Positions 8,016 through 17,164 are shown, counted from the first letter of the stretch. The stretch: 64,000 nucleotides of DNA from an uncultured Verrucomicrobiota bacterium (GCA_964463985.1 CAYXEK010000004.1:18820-82819); one strand, 5' to 3'. The notes: generated from the sequence alone by a model not told the origin. Program-made: numbers and translations.

Positions 8016-9971
8016 ATGCAAGCCAGATTATTCGCCGCGCCCCAGGTGATGAACATGGGGTTCCATTACACCCTGCAATTCAGCCGCCGCACCCGCATCA
8101 ACGTCGTCGGCCTGGTAGATCAGAGCACGGATGAATGGAAAGAATGGTATTTGAAAACCCACCAGCCGCCGGCATTGCGCGAAATGGCCGATGCCGGTTA
8201 CACCCTGATCGAAATCCATTTCCTGTACGGGTTCGGCCTGGAAGGCGAGCGCGAGGAATGGGAACGCGCGCGCGATATGGCGCGCCATGCCCACGACGCC
8301 GGCCTCAAAGTGCAGGGGTATTTCCAGTTTTTCTCGGTGCAGCAGGAACTTTTTTTCCTGGAAAATCCATGGGCGAAAGACTGCATCCAGGTCAACGCCG
8401 AGGGTAAATCTATCCGCTTCCGTTACGACCGTCCGGCCCTATGCTTTACCAACGAACGCGTGCGCCGGTATTACCTGGACGGAGTTGAACTGGGCTTGAA
8501 AACCTGCGATCTGGACGGCATCCGGCTGGACAACGATTATTTCAAGGGCTGTTACTGCCCGAAATGCCAGGATGCGTTCCGCGCATGGCTGCGGGAAAAA
8601 TTCCCCGCGCCGGACGACGTCCGCCGGGTGTTCGGCCTGCCGACGACTGGCGGCATGGAACTGGCGCCGATCCCGATGCCGCGCGATCCGCTCTGGCACG
8701 CCACCGTGCTCTTCCGCCAGGAACAGCGCCAGCAGATGATGCGCCAGATATCCGAAAAAATCCGCGCCATCAAGCCGGACGCCATCCTCGGCGGCAACCC
8801 CGGCATCAACCGGCGCTTTGACGATGCTTACCGCATCCACATTTACACGCCCGACCTGGCCGAGACACATCACCTGGTCTGCGCGGAGAACATCCGCTAC
8901 CCCGCCCGCACCGGGGACACTTTCCGCCACCAGGCGCTGCTGTACAAGCATGGCCAGGCCGGCAACTTCGCCGTCTTTGCCAGCCATCACCTGCACAATG
9001 CGCAAGGCCGAATCCGCTGGCCGGAAACGCTGGAGGAATGCGCACTCTCGCTGTGCGAGGCGCTGGCCTTCGGCGGCCACCCCGTCTGCACCACCTGGGG
9101 TATCCGCATGGATGCCGGCGGCAAAATGCTCTATCAACGCCCGCTGTTCCGCCGGGCGCTGGACCCGGTTACAGCATTTCTGAAAGAACACGGCAATATT
9201 TACCGCGGCGCAAAGTGCAACGCGGCCGTCGGTGTTTACCAGAACCGGGAAAGCCTTTGCGGCGATTCGCCCAACTCGTGGCTTTCATTGCAAGGCGCCT
9301 TACAGGTGCTGCTCCAGCGCCAGATTCCGTTCCGCTTGGCGGATCGCGACCTGGACGAGCTGCTGGAAGGCATAAAACTGCTGATCGTGCCGGACATGCA
9401 GCTTATCAGCGATGCGCAAATGGACCGCCTGCATGAATTTGCCGGCGGCGGCGGCAAACTGCTCTGGACCGGTCAAGCCGGCCGGTTTGACGACTGGCGT
9501 TTGAAACGCGATGCCGGCCGGCTGGAACTCTGGCTCGGCCATGCCAACATCGCGCGGCTGCCGGAAGCGCCGGAAAAAATCTCGCCGGCCTCCGAGCATG
9601 AAAACGACCGGCAATTTGCAGGGGATGCGGGCAACGCCTGGTACATGAACCTGCCCATGCCCGCCGGCGCGGAAGATTTTGCCGCGGCCGTCCGCCAACT
9701 GGCCCCGGCGCCCGCGGTCACTGTCAGCGGATCGCCCTTTGTCGCCGTGGATACATTTGTCAATGACCAAGGCGAAAATTTTGCCCACCTGCTGAATTAC
9801 GACAATGCCCGGCCGTGCGATCTGACGATTGAGATTGCCGGCGCCGCCCGCGCGGAATGCCTGATGCCGGCTGGTCTCGGGACGCAAAGCACCCCGGAAA
9901 TACGTTCGACAAACCAAAACACAACCATCGGGCTGAAAGGATTGCACACCTACTGCGTTATTAAATATTGA
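8016..9971 (+). CDS. GH42-like / GHL6-like TIM-barrel protein with class-I GATase-like (trimerization) domain
   Basis: CFTNERVRRYY...LDGIRLDNDY..GCYCPKCQDAFRAWL, VCAEN, and C-terminal LLIVPDMQLISD...GGKLLWTG. Confidence 0.65.
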   Translation: MQARLFAAPQVMNMGFHYTLQFSRRTRINVVGLVDQSTDEWKEWYLKTHQPPALREMADAGYTLIEIHFLYGFGLEGEREEWERARDMARHAHDAGLKVQGYFQFFSVQQELFFLENPWAKDCIQVNAEGKSIRFRYDRPALCFTNERVRRYYLDGVELGLKTCDLDGIRLDNDYFKGCYCPKCQDAFRAWLREKFPAPDDVRRVFGLPTTGGMELAPIPMPRDPLWHATVLFRQEQRQQMMRQISEKIRAIKPDAILGGNPGINRRFDDAYRIHIYTPDLAETHHLVCAENIRYPARTGDTFRHQALLYKHGQAGNFAVFASHHLHNAQGRIRWPETLEECALSLCEALAFGGHPVCTTWGIRMDAGGKMLYQRPLFRRALDPVTAFLKEHGNIYRGAKCNAAVGVYQNRESLCGDSPNSWLSLQGALQVLLQRQIPFRLADRDLDELLEGIKLLIVPDMQLISDAQMDRLHEFAGGGGKLLWTGQAGRFDDWRLKRDAGRLELWLGHANIARLPEAPEKISPASEHENDRQFAGDAGNAWYMNLPMPAGAEDFAAAVRQLAPAPAVTVSGSPFVAVDTFVNDQGENFAHLLNYDNARPCDLTIEIAGAARAECLMPAGLGTQSTPEIRSTNQNTTIGLKGLHTYCVIKY

Positions 9972-10145
9972 TGGCGCCGCATCCGTTCACATTCACGGCG
10001 CATGTGAAATGATGCGTGCTTTTAGTATCAACCGGATGGTCTTTGACAGCCGCGCCCGCGTGGCGCGGACTTTCCGGAACAGAGGTTACCCCCCCCCGCT
10101 GCCATAAAAACAACAGCGGAGAACCAAGCACAGGAGCAAGAATAG

Positions 10146-11216
10146 ATGCAAGCGACGCAACATCAAACATCCAATACCAACGCGCAATCCCGCGCGGACA
10201 CCACCCGCGAGATCAAGAAACTCGCCAAATCGCTCGGCGCCGACCTGGTCGGCATCGCCTCGATGGACCGCTTTGACGGCGCGCCGATCCAGATGGACCC
10301 CCGCTACATCATGCCGGAGGCCAAGTCCTGCATCGTGGTCGGGTTCCGCGTCCTGCGCGGCTCGCTGCGCGGCATTGAAGAGGGCACATTCTTCAGCAAT
10401 TATTCCTCCATGGGCTATGGCGGCATAACTTATATCTTTATGCCGATCACCGTCATGAACCTCGCGCGCCACATTGAAGACATGGGGTACGAGGCTTTCC
10501 CGATGGGACATCAAAGCGACTGGCGCGCGATTGACAATGAAGGCCGGATGCGCGCCGGCTTCAGCAAGCCGGTGGCCCCCGGCAAGCCGGCGCCGGACAT
10601 CATGGTGCACCTGCGCCTGGCGGCCTTCGCCGCCGGCCTGGGAGAAATCGGCTGGAGCAAAATGCTGATCACGCCGGAATTCGGTCCGGCCGTGCGCGTC
10701 GGCCTGGTGTTGACCGAGTTGGAACTCGATCCCGACCCGCTTTACAGCGGCCCCAGGCTCTGCAACAAATGCATGGCCTGCGTCCGCGCCTGCCCGGGAA
10801 AGGCCATCAGCGCCGACAAAAGCATCAAGGTGACAGTAGCCGGCCAGGCGCTGGAATGGGCGGAAATAGACATGGACGCCTGCGATGTTGCCTTCCGCGG
10901 CGCCGATGAAATCAAAAATGGGCCAGGCAAAGGCTATTACATTGAAGGATTTGACAGTTTCCGTCCGAATCATGTCTCGCCGTTTTATAACGCGCCGCCC
11001 AAACTTTACAATGCCGGCAAGGCAATCGGCGGCGCCGACGGTTGCATCAGGGCCTGTCTGGCCAGCCTGGAAGCGCGCGACCTGTTGACGCATAAATTCA
11101 AACAGAAGTTCCGCCGGCGCAAACCGTGGACCGTGGACTGGTCGCATTATGAAGAAGAAATCGCCCATGCGCCATCGGGCACCATCGGCATCAACACCCG
11201 CCTGGACACGGATTAA
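10146..11216 (+). CDS. QueG / reductive-dehalogenase-like cobalamin-binding Fe-S protein
   Basis: KLAKSLGADLVGIA...P.YIMPEAKSCIV; RLAAFAAGLGEIGWSKMLITPEFGPAVR..LVLT; CNKCMACVRACP; later DAC and GCIRAC. No Tat leader. Confidence 0.8.
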   Translation: MQATQHQTSNTNAQSRADTTREIKKLAKSLGADLVGIASMDRFDGAPIQMDPRYIMPEAKSCIVVGFRVLRGSLRGIEEGTFFSNYSSMGYGGITYIFMPITVMNLARHIEDMGYEAFPMGHQSDWRAIDNEGRMRAGFSKPVAPGKPAPDIMVHLRLAAFAAGLGEIGWSKMLITPEFGPAVRVGLVLTELELDPDPLYSGPRLCNKCMACVRACPGKAISADKSIKVTVAGQALEWAEIDMDACDVAFRGADEIKNGPGKGYYIEGFDSFRPNHVSPFYNAPPKLYNAGKAIGGADGCIRACLASLEARDLLTHKFKQKFRRRKPWTVDWSHYEEEIAHAPSGTIGINTRLDTD

Positions 11217-11325
11217 ATGGAGAAAGGCACATAAGAAGAAAGGAACAAAGAGGCAGAGCCGGAAAATTCTCCGCGAAAGGACACAAGGATCGCAAAGAAA
11301 AAGAATTTCCGGCAGAACCAAATGT

Positions 11326-11529
11326 TTCTCACAAAGACACCAAGACACAAAGGGCGAACGGATTTACAGATGCTGAAGGAAAACATGTCGCTATGCGGCA
11401 GTTCCGTTAAACGGAACCCCGTTCTTGGAAACAGCACAAAGCAAAAACCGTTTTGCGATTTGCCCTGTTTCCAAGAACGGTCATGTTTTCCTGCTGGTTC
11501 TTTCTTGGTGGCTTTGTGACTTTGCGGGA
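11326..11529. repeat. third 8-bp periodic imperfect palindrome in the same gene cluster
   Basis: TTCTCACAAAGACACCAAGACACAAAG (11326-11352) versus CTTGGTGGCTTTGTGACTTTGCGGGAA (about 11504-11530). It shares TCTCACAAAG with the element at 5063. Confidence 0.7.
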
Positions 11530-11705
11530 AAATATTCCGGATTCCGAAAGTTTGCCCATTGCGCGGGCACGCGGCTTTGCCGGATTCGTGTGATTCACGG
11601 TTAGAAAATCCGGGGCAGCTTTCCCTTTTTAATATGGTTTTTGCAATCTTTTGTGGATAATTTATTCCGACTTGGGTTGCGGTAAGCGCCCGTATTGGTA
11701 AAATA

Positions 11706-13721
11706 ATGAATACAAAACTCAAAAAACATTTCGGATCGAAACCAATCGTATGGGTGGCCGCCTGGGGCATATCCAAACTGCGCAAGCGCGGCGGACAGTT
11801 TGCCGGTTCGATCAACGGCGCGGCCGTCTGGTATGATGACTGGTATGACCGGGTCATGTCGAAGGAAACCGCCGTCAAGCTGGCGGAACTGGGAGTCAAC
11901 TTGATCATCCTGCCGTTTTCCGTGGGCGGCAGCGCGCGCATGGAACAAGCGGAACGCGACGATTTCGAACGCATGACCCGTACGCTGCACAAGTGCGGCA
12001 TAATCTCGCTGCCTTACCTGCAATACCAGAACATACTGCAGGAAGATTTCACCTTCAAAGACACGGTCTGGGGGGTCAGACTCGACGGCAGCCGCAAGCA
12101 ATTCGCTTACTGGCGGCGCACGGTCTGCCAATCCTCCCCGGCATTCCGCGAATATTTCAAGGGATTGATATCCGACGCCCTGCGGCGCGGCGCCGACGGC
12201 ATCTGGATTGACAATACCCACCGTGTCCCCTGCCGGTGCGACCTGTGCATCCGGCGCTTCAAACAATGGCTATATGCTAACCGGCGCGAATTGCTGGCCG
12301 AACTCCGCCTTGAGAATTTTGACCGGATTGAAATGCCGCCATTCGCCGGCGGCGCCGATCCTATCACCCAGGCCCTGCTGGACTTTAATTGCAGGGCGAA
12401 TCTGGACATTTTGTCCGAATTTAAAAATCACATGCTGTCAATCAAGCCGGACGCCCTGTTCGCATCCAATCCCGGCATCGGCCGCGGCAGCAGCAATTAC
12501 GACCGCGGCATTGATCTGCGGCCGTTGCTGGAACTGCACGACCTGATGTATCTGGAAAACAAATTTTTTCCAAGTGTTGCCGACGGCCAGACCACCGGTA
12601 ATTTCCACGGATTCATCAGTTGCGAGGCTGCCGGCTCAATGGGCATTCCCGGCGCATGGAAACGGCATGATTTTGACGATACGGCCTCAAAAACCGCCAC
12701 CGGCATGCCGGAAACCGAGCCGGAAATCCGGCGGGTGATCTTTGAAGCCGCCGCCTGCGGCGGCGCGCCGGGCATGCTCTGGGCCATCCGCACCCGGCCG
12801 GAACACATGTGCGACAAGCCCGCCGACCTGCTGACCATGTATTTCGAGCATCCGCTGATTTATTCCGGCATGAAAAAGGCCCTGGACTTTGTCCGCTCCC
12901 TGCCGGTATTCGGCGATTCCCGCAACATCGCCAACATCGCCGTGCTGCATCACCGCGCCAGCCTGGCCTTTGACCCGCAAAACGCCTGGCCGGCCATGCA
13001 TACCGCGGAAGAGTTTTTACACAACGCCGGATTGCCTTACAACGTTTTGTATTCCGAAGATTGCGCCGCCCAAGCTGGCGGGTACAAAGCGATCATCCTT
13101 GCCGGCGTCAGCGCGATGAGCCAGCAGGACGCGGATGCCCTGAAAGGTTACGTTGAACGCGGCGGACGGCTGCTGGTCCTGGGCGATTGCGGACTTTACG
13201 ACGAACGCCGGCATGAGCGTACCGAATTCATCCTGCGGGATGTTTTGGGCGCCAGCCGCTTCCGGCGCGTCCAGGAATTTATTTTCAACCGCTACGGCGC
13301 GGGCATCTGCGCGACCCTGCCCATGGCTGGCGTATCTGATAAAATGCTCAACAACATCATGCAAGCCGAACCCAGGAATTATCTGCCTGCCTGGCATATC
13401 CGCCGTTCCGAGGTTATGCATGCGCTCGATGCGTTGCTGGGCGGCGACCGGCAAATCCGGATGACTGACATGGCGAATGTCGCGGTTACTCTGCGCCGGA
13501 CGGAGTCCGGCGCAACCGCCGCGCATTTCGTGGCATACGCTCCTTGCCCCGACGCGCAGGCATTGACCATCCAAATCCATTGCAGTTTGGCGCACGCGAA
13601 ACAAGCCGTTTGGCATACGCCGGGAGCCGGGGCGCAGCCGGCGGAACATGGCGCCGGGGCGGCGGGTTATAACTCATACCGCCTGCCGGGCTTGATTGAT
13701 TACGGCGTGTTGATCATATAG
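11706..13721 (+). CDS. second GH42-like / GHL6-like protein (architecture paralog of 8016-9971)
   Basis: CQSSPAFREY...ADGIWIDNTH..PCRCDLCIRRFKQWL, MYLEN, and AIILAGVSAMS...YVERGGRLLVLG. Confidence 0.65.
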   Translation: MNTKLKKHFGSKPIVWVAAWGISKLRKRGGQFAGSINGAAVWYDDWYDRVMSKETAVKLAELGVNLIILPFSVGGSARMEQAERDDFERMTRTLHKCGIISLPYLQYQNILQEDFTFKDTVWGVRLDGSRKQFAYWRRTVCQSSPAFREYFKGLISDALRRGADGIWIDNTHRVPCRCDLCIRRFKQWLYANRRELLAELRLENFDRIEMPPFAGGADPITQALLDFNCRANLDILSEFKNHMLSIKPDALFASNPGIGRGSSNYDRGIDLRPLLELHDLMYLENKFFPSVADGQTTGNFHGFISCEAAGSMGIPGAWKRHDFDDTASKTATGMPETEPEIRRVIFEAAACGGAPGMLWAIRTRPEHMCDKPADLLTMYFEHPLIYSGMKKALDFVRSLPVFGDSRNIANIAVLHHRASLAFDPQNAWPAMHTAEEFLHNAGLPYNVLYSEDCAAQAGGYKAIILAGVSAMSQQDADALKGYVERGGRLLVLGDCGLYDERRHERTEFILRDVLGASRFRRVQEFIFNRYGAGICATLPMAGVSDKMLNNIMQAEPRNYLPAWHIRRSEVMHALDALLGGDRQIRMTDMANVAVTLRRTESGATAAHFVAYAPCPDAQALTIQIHCSLAHAKQAVWHTPGAGAQPAEHGAGAAGYNSYRLPGLIDYGVLII

Positions 13722-13838
13722 CGCCGCGATCATCAACCGGATATTCCGGTTGAAAGCGCGGACTGCCCGCCAGGACCGGGGCTATGCGATTATAACCGGG
13801 GATTGACCTAAGCGCAACGTTTTGGCACACTGCCGGCC

Positions 13839-14744
13839 ATGAAGACCGCGGCGCCATTGATCAGCATCGGACTGGCTGCAATCATCCTGCTGGCGGGATG
13901 CGTCCGCCCAACGGATGTCATTGATGTCTCGGCCTACGACTACCGGGACACCAGGAACCTGGTGCGCATGGTGGCCGACGCCGCCCGCCTGCTTGAAGGC
14001 GAGGGCTTGCCCGCCCTCGATAGTTTACGGGAGCGCTGCTCCCCTTCCGGCGAATATTATCTTTACGTTTACGATGCGGAAGATATCTGCCTCTACCATG
14101 CGGGCATGCCGGAACTGGTCAATCAATGCCTGGCGGACATCAAGGATATTGACGGGAAATCCATTTCACGCCTGATCCGGGAAGCCCTGAACAACCCCGA
14201 TAATCCGCACGGCTGGGTACATTACACCTGGTGGGAACCGGGAAAATTTTACCCGGTGCCGAAGTCCTCCTGCCACTTCCGGATTCGCCTGCCCGACGGA
14301 CGTAAAATCTACGTCGGCGGAGGATTGAACCATCCGCACGAGGAACGCGAATTCATCCGCATTTCGGTTGACAGCGCTGCCAGGCTGATCCAGGCCCGGG
14401 GCGCGGACGCCCTGCCGGCCATCGCCGATCCGCTGGCCTCCTACAATTTCCGCGACGTGCGGGTGTTCGCGTTCCGCGAAGACGGGCGCATGCTGATTTC
14501 TCCGGTGCTGGGCGACAACCGGATCGGGCTGGATTTGCGCCGGTGCGTGGATGCCGCCGGCAACCGCCCCTTCGACCGCGCGCTGAGTTTGCTGGAAACG
14601 CAGGCCTCCGTCTGGCAGGCATTCATTGACTACAGCCGGGACGAACGCCAACCCGTGAAGAAAACTCTGTATATACGGCGCACCGTCTTGAATAATGAGC
14701 CGGTTTATCTGGGCGCCATAACGGATCTGCCCCATCCGCCTTGA
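13839..14744 (+). CDS. lipoprotein consisting of two tandem sCache_2-like domains, with no TM or signalling output
   Basis: Lipobox LAGC. Domain 1: YYLYVYD...LYH...D.DGK...GWVHYTW.EPG...PK. Domain 2: VFAFREDG...D.AGN...KK.LY. The protein ends right after domain 2. Confidence 0.75.
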   Translation: MKTAAPLISIGLAAIILLAGCVRPTDVIDVSAYDYRDTRNLVRMVADAARLLEGEGLPALDSLRERCSPSGEYYLYVYDAEDICLYHAGMPELVNQCLADIKDIDGKSISRLIREALNNPDNPHGWVHYTWWEPGKFYPVPKSSCHFRIRLPDGRKIYVGGGLNHPHEEREFIRISVDSAARLIQARGADALPAIADPLASYNFRDVRVFAFREDGRMLISPVLGDNRIGLDLRRCVDAAGNRPFDRALSLLETQASVWQAFIDYSRDERQPVKKTLYIRRTVLNNEPVYLGAITDLPHPP

Positions 14745-14831
14745 TGCCCATCGGGCGGTGTCCGTCAAAAACATTGAATCGCCAGGTTGTGATGAACGCA
14801 AGCTGAGCAAACAGGGCGCAGGCACAGGAAT

Positions 14832-16202
14832 ATGCAAACCAAATACGAATACGGCGTCAATGAAGTGCCGCCTTTCCCGCATCTGATTGCTTTATCATTG
14901 CAGCATGTGATGCTGATGTTTGTTTCGCTTTCCCTGCCCGTGATTTTCGCCGCGCAGATCAACGCCTCGCTGGAGGTTACCGCCGCGCTGGTGGCGTTTT
15001 CCATGCTGGCGGGCGGCATCGGCTCAATTATGCAAGCCGTTAAATGGCCGTTTTTGGGATCGGGCTACCTCTGTCCCAATGTTTGCGGACCGTCCTATTT
15101 CAGCCTGTCATTATCAGCAGCCTGGACCGGCGGCATGCCGCTCATGCGCGGGATGACCATCCTGGCCGGGCTGGTGGAAGTGGTCATGGCGCCCATCGTC
15201 CAGAAATTAAAACATGTCTTTCCCAACTACATCGTCGGCCTGGTGGTGGCTTTGGTGGGCGTAAGCGTGATCACGCCGTCGGTAACTTCGCTGTTCGGCC
15301 TGGCATACCGCGGCGATGCGCTGGTGGTGGCCGACGGGCTGGTGGGATTCGCCACGCTGGCGGTGATGGTGCTTTGCAACGTCTGGGGAAAGGGCCCGGT
15401 GAAAGTGTACAGCCTGCTGATCGGCATGCTGGCCGGCTGGTTGGCGGCCTTGTGCGTCTCCCCGGAAAGCCGCTTGGCCCTGCATGCCTTGCACGGCACG
15501 GCCTGGGCGGCGCTGCCAAGCATGCCGTGGAAGCTCTGGGACCTGGCGTTCGACCCGCAACTGGCGCTGCCGTTCGTGGTCATCGGGATCAGCGGCTCGC
15601 TGAAGTCGTTCGGCAACCTGCTGGCCGCCCAACACATTTCGGAGCCGGAGTTAAAACGCCCGAATTTCAAGCCGCTGCGCAACGGCCTGATGGCGGACGG
15701 GCTTTCGACCATGCTGGCCGGCGCGCTCGGCGGAATGGCGGTGGACACATCCTCCAGCAATGTCGGCCTGGCGGCCTCCACCAAGGTGTTGAGCCGCTGG
15801 CTGAGCATGGCCGCCGGTGTAATCTTCATCCTGCTGGCCTTTTCACCGCGCCTGACAATATTTTTTTCGCTGATGCCGCAGCCGGTGCTGGGCGCATCCA
15901 TTATCTTCGCCGCCTGCTTCATGATCGTCATCGGCCTGCAACAGATGTTTGAAGAGCCATGGGAAACGCGCCGGACATTCGTGGTAGGCATATCGCTGTT
16001 TCTCGGACTGAGCACGGCTTTCCAACCGGGCTTGTACGCCCGGGCGCCTCACATCATCCAGGCCTTTTTCACTGATCCGCTGCCCACGGCCACGATCCTG
16101 GCCGTGGCGCTGCACCAACTGGTAAACCTGGACCGCACCGGCGCCGGTTTGGCGCGGCGCGCCGGATCGTTGCTCCGCCGCCAGCAAGATAAACGCCGAT
16201 AA
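14832..16202 (+). CDS. NCS2 (UraA/XanQ-type) permease with atypical binding site
   Basis: SLQHV in TM1, GLMADG in TM9, signature-like TSSSNVGLAASTK, P.PVLGA; highly hydrophobic, 456 aa. Confidence 0.85.
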   Translation: MQTKYEYGVNEVPPFPHLIALSLQHVMLMFVSLSLPVIFAAQINASLEVTAALVAFSMLAGGIGSIMQAVKWPFLGSGYLCPNVCGPSYFSLSLSAAWTGGMPLMRGMTILAGLVEVVMAPIVQKLKHVFPNYIVGLVVALVGVSVITPSVTSLFGLAYRGDALVVADGLVGFATLAVMVLCNVWGKGPVKVYSLLIGMLAGWLAALCVSPESRLALHALHGTAWAALPSMPWKLWDLAFDPQLALPFVVIGISGSLKSFGNLLAAQHISEPELKRPNFKPLRNGLMADGLSTMLAGALGGMAVDTSSSNVGLAASTKVLSRWLSMAAGVIFILLAFSPRLTIFFSLMPQPVLGASIIFAACFMIVIGLQQMFEEPWETRRTFVVGISLFLGLSTAFQPGLYARAPHIIQAFFTDPLPTATILAVALHQLVNLDRTGAGLARRAGSLLRRQQDKRR

Positions 16203-16207
16203 GAAGC

Positions 16208-17077
16208 ATGAAAAAACCGCTCTATCCGCGCGCCGACGCCATGCCCGCCTGCGCCGGCTTCATCATTGATTGCCATATCCATCCCGCGCTCAATGCCCGT
16301 ACCGACTTCAACTGGTTTGGCCCGGTCGGCGGTTTTGCCCGGCAGGTCGAGGACCTGCGCCGCGCCGGCATTTCCCGGGCCTGCGGCGCGCCCGTCGCGG
16401 CGGGCGCCCCGGAAACATTTTCCGCCATCAGGCAATTGAACGACCAGGCGCTGCGGCTGCGCGACCGGTTTCCGGACTTCTACCTGCCGGGCATCCAGGT
16501 CCACCCGCATTTCCCCGCGGAATCATGCCGGGAAATCGAACGCTGCTGCGGCCGGGAAAGCGTGCGGTGGATCGGCGAACTGGTCGGCTATATGATGGGT
16601 TACGGCGACGATTACGCCTCGGATGCCGCTTTGACGGTCATGCGCGCCGCATCGGAGCACGGCGCCGTGGTCAACCTGCACTGCCATAGCCTGGAGCCCC
16701 TTGACCGCCTCTGCGCGGCCCTGCCTGACCTGAAAATCGTATTGGCCCATCCGGGCGGCGGCAAGCAGGACGTGCTGGGGCGGCTGGACAAAGTGGCCCG
16801 TTATCCGAACCTGCACCTGGACATCTCCGGGTCGGGCATTGACCGGCTGGGCATCCTCCGCCATGCAATGGACATTGCCGGCAAGGACAAGTTGCTATTT
16901 GGGACGGATTACCCCGTCAACAACCCGGCCGTTTACGTTCAAGGCGCGCTTTATGAACGCCTGACCGGCGCCGAGCGCGCGGCGTTGTTTGCCGGAAATT
17001 TTCAGCGGCTGACGGATGCGGTTGCGCCGGGGGGATGCGCAAAAAAAATGCGCCATGGTGCCGGAGGAGGGAGTTGA
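16208..17077 (+). CDS. amidohydrolase family protein (Amidohydro_2)
   Basis: IIDCHIH, IGE, NLH, VLAHPGG, NLHLDIS, LLFGTDYP and GNF.RL motifs. Confidence 0.85.
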   Translation: MKKPLYPRADAMPACAGFIIDCHIHPALNARTDFNWFGPVGGFARQVEDLRRAGISRACGAPVAAGAPETFSAIRQLNDQALRLRDRFPDFYLPGIQVHPHFPAESCREIERCCGRESVRWIGELVGYMMGYGDDYASDAALTVMRAASEHGAVVNLHCHSLEPLDRLCAALPDLKIVLAHPGGGKQDVLGRLDKVARYPNLHLDISGSGIDRLGILRHAMDIAGKDKLLFGTDYPVNNPAVYVQGALYERLTGAERAALFAGNFQRLTDAVAPGGCAKKMRHGAGGGS

Positions 17078-17141
17078 ACCCTCATGGTGTTGCCACCGCT
17101 GGATTTTGAGTCCAGTGCGTCTGCCATTTCGCCACCCCGGC
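17056..17141 (-). tRNA. tRNA-Leu (anticodon CAA)
   Basis: The reverse complement reads GCCGGGG TGGCGAAATGGCAGACGCA CTGGA CTCAAAA TCCAG, a long variable arm, GAGGG TTCAACT CCCTC, CTCCGGC ACCA. The acceptor stem pairs and CCA is encoded. Confidence 0.97.
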
Positions 17142-17164
17142 GGATTGCGTCAAAACTGGGGGTT

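Noticed and set aside
9972-10145. Cobalamin riboswitch upstream of the QueG/RdhA-like gene
   Set aside because: None of the conserved B12-element blocks could be found by eye; an Infernal scan would settle it.
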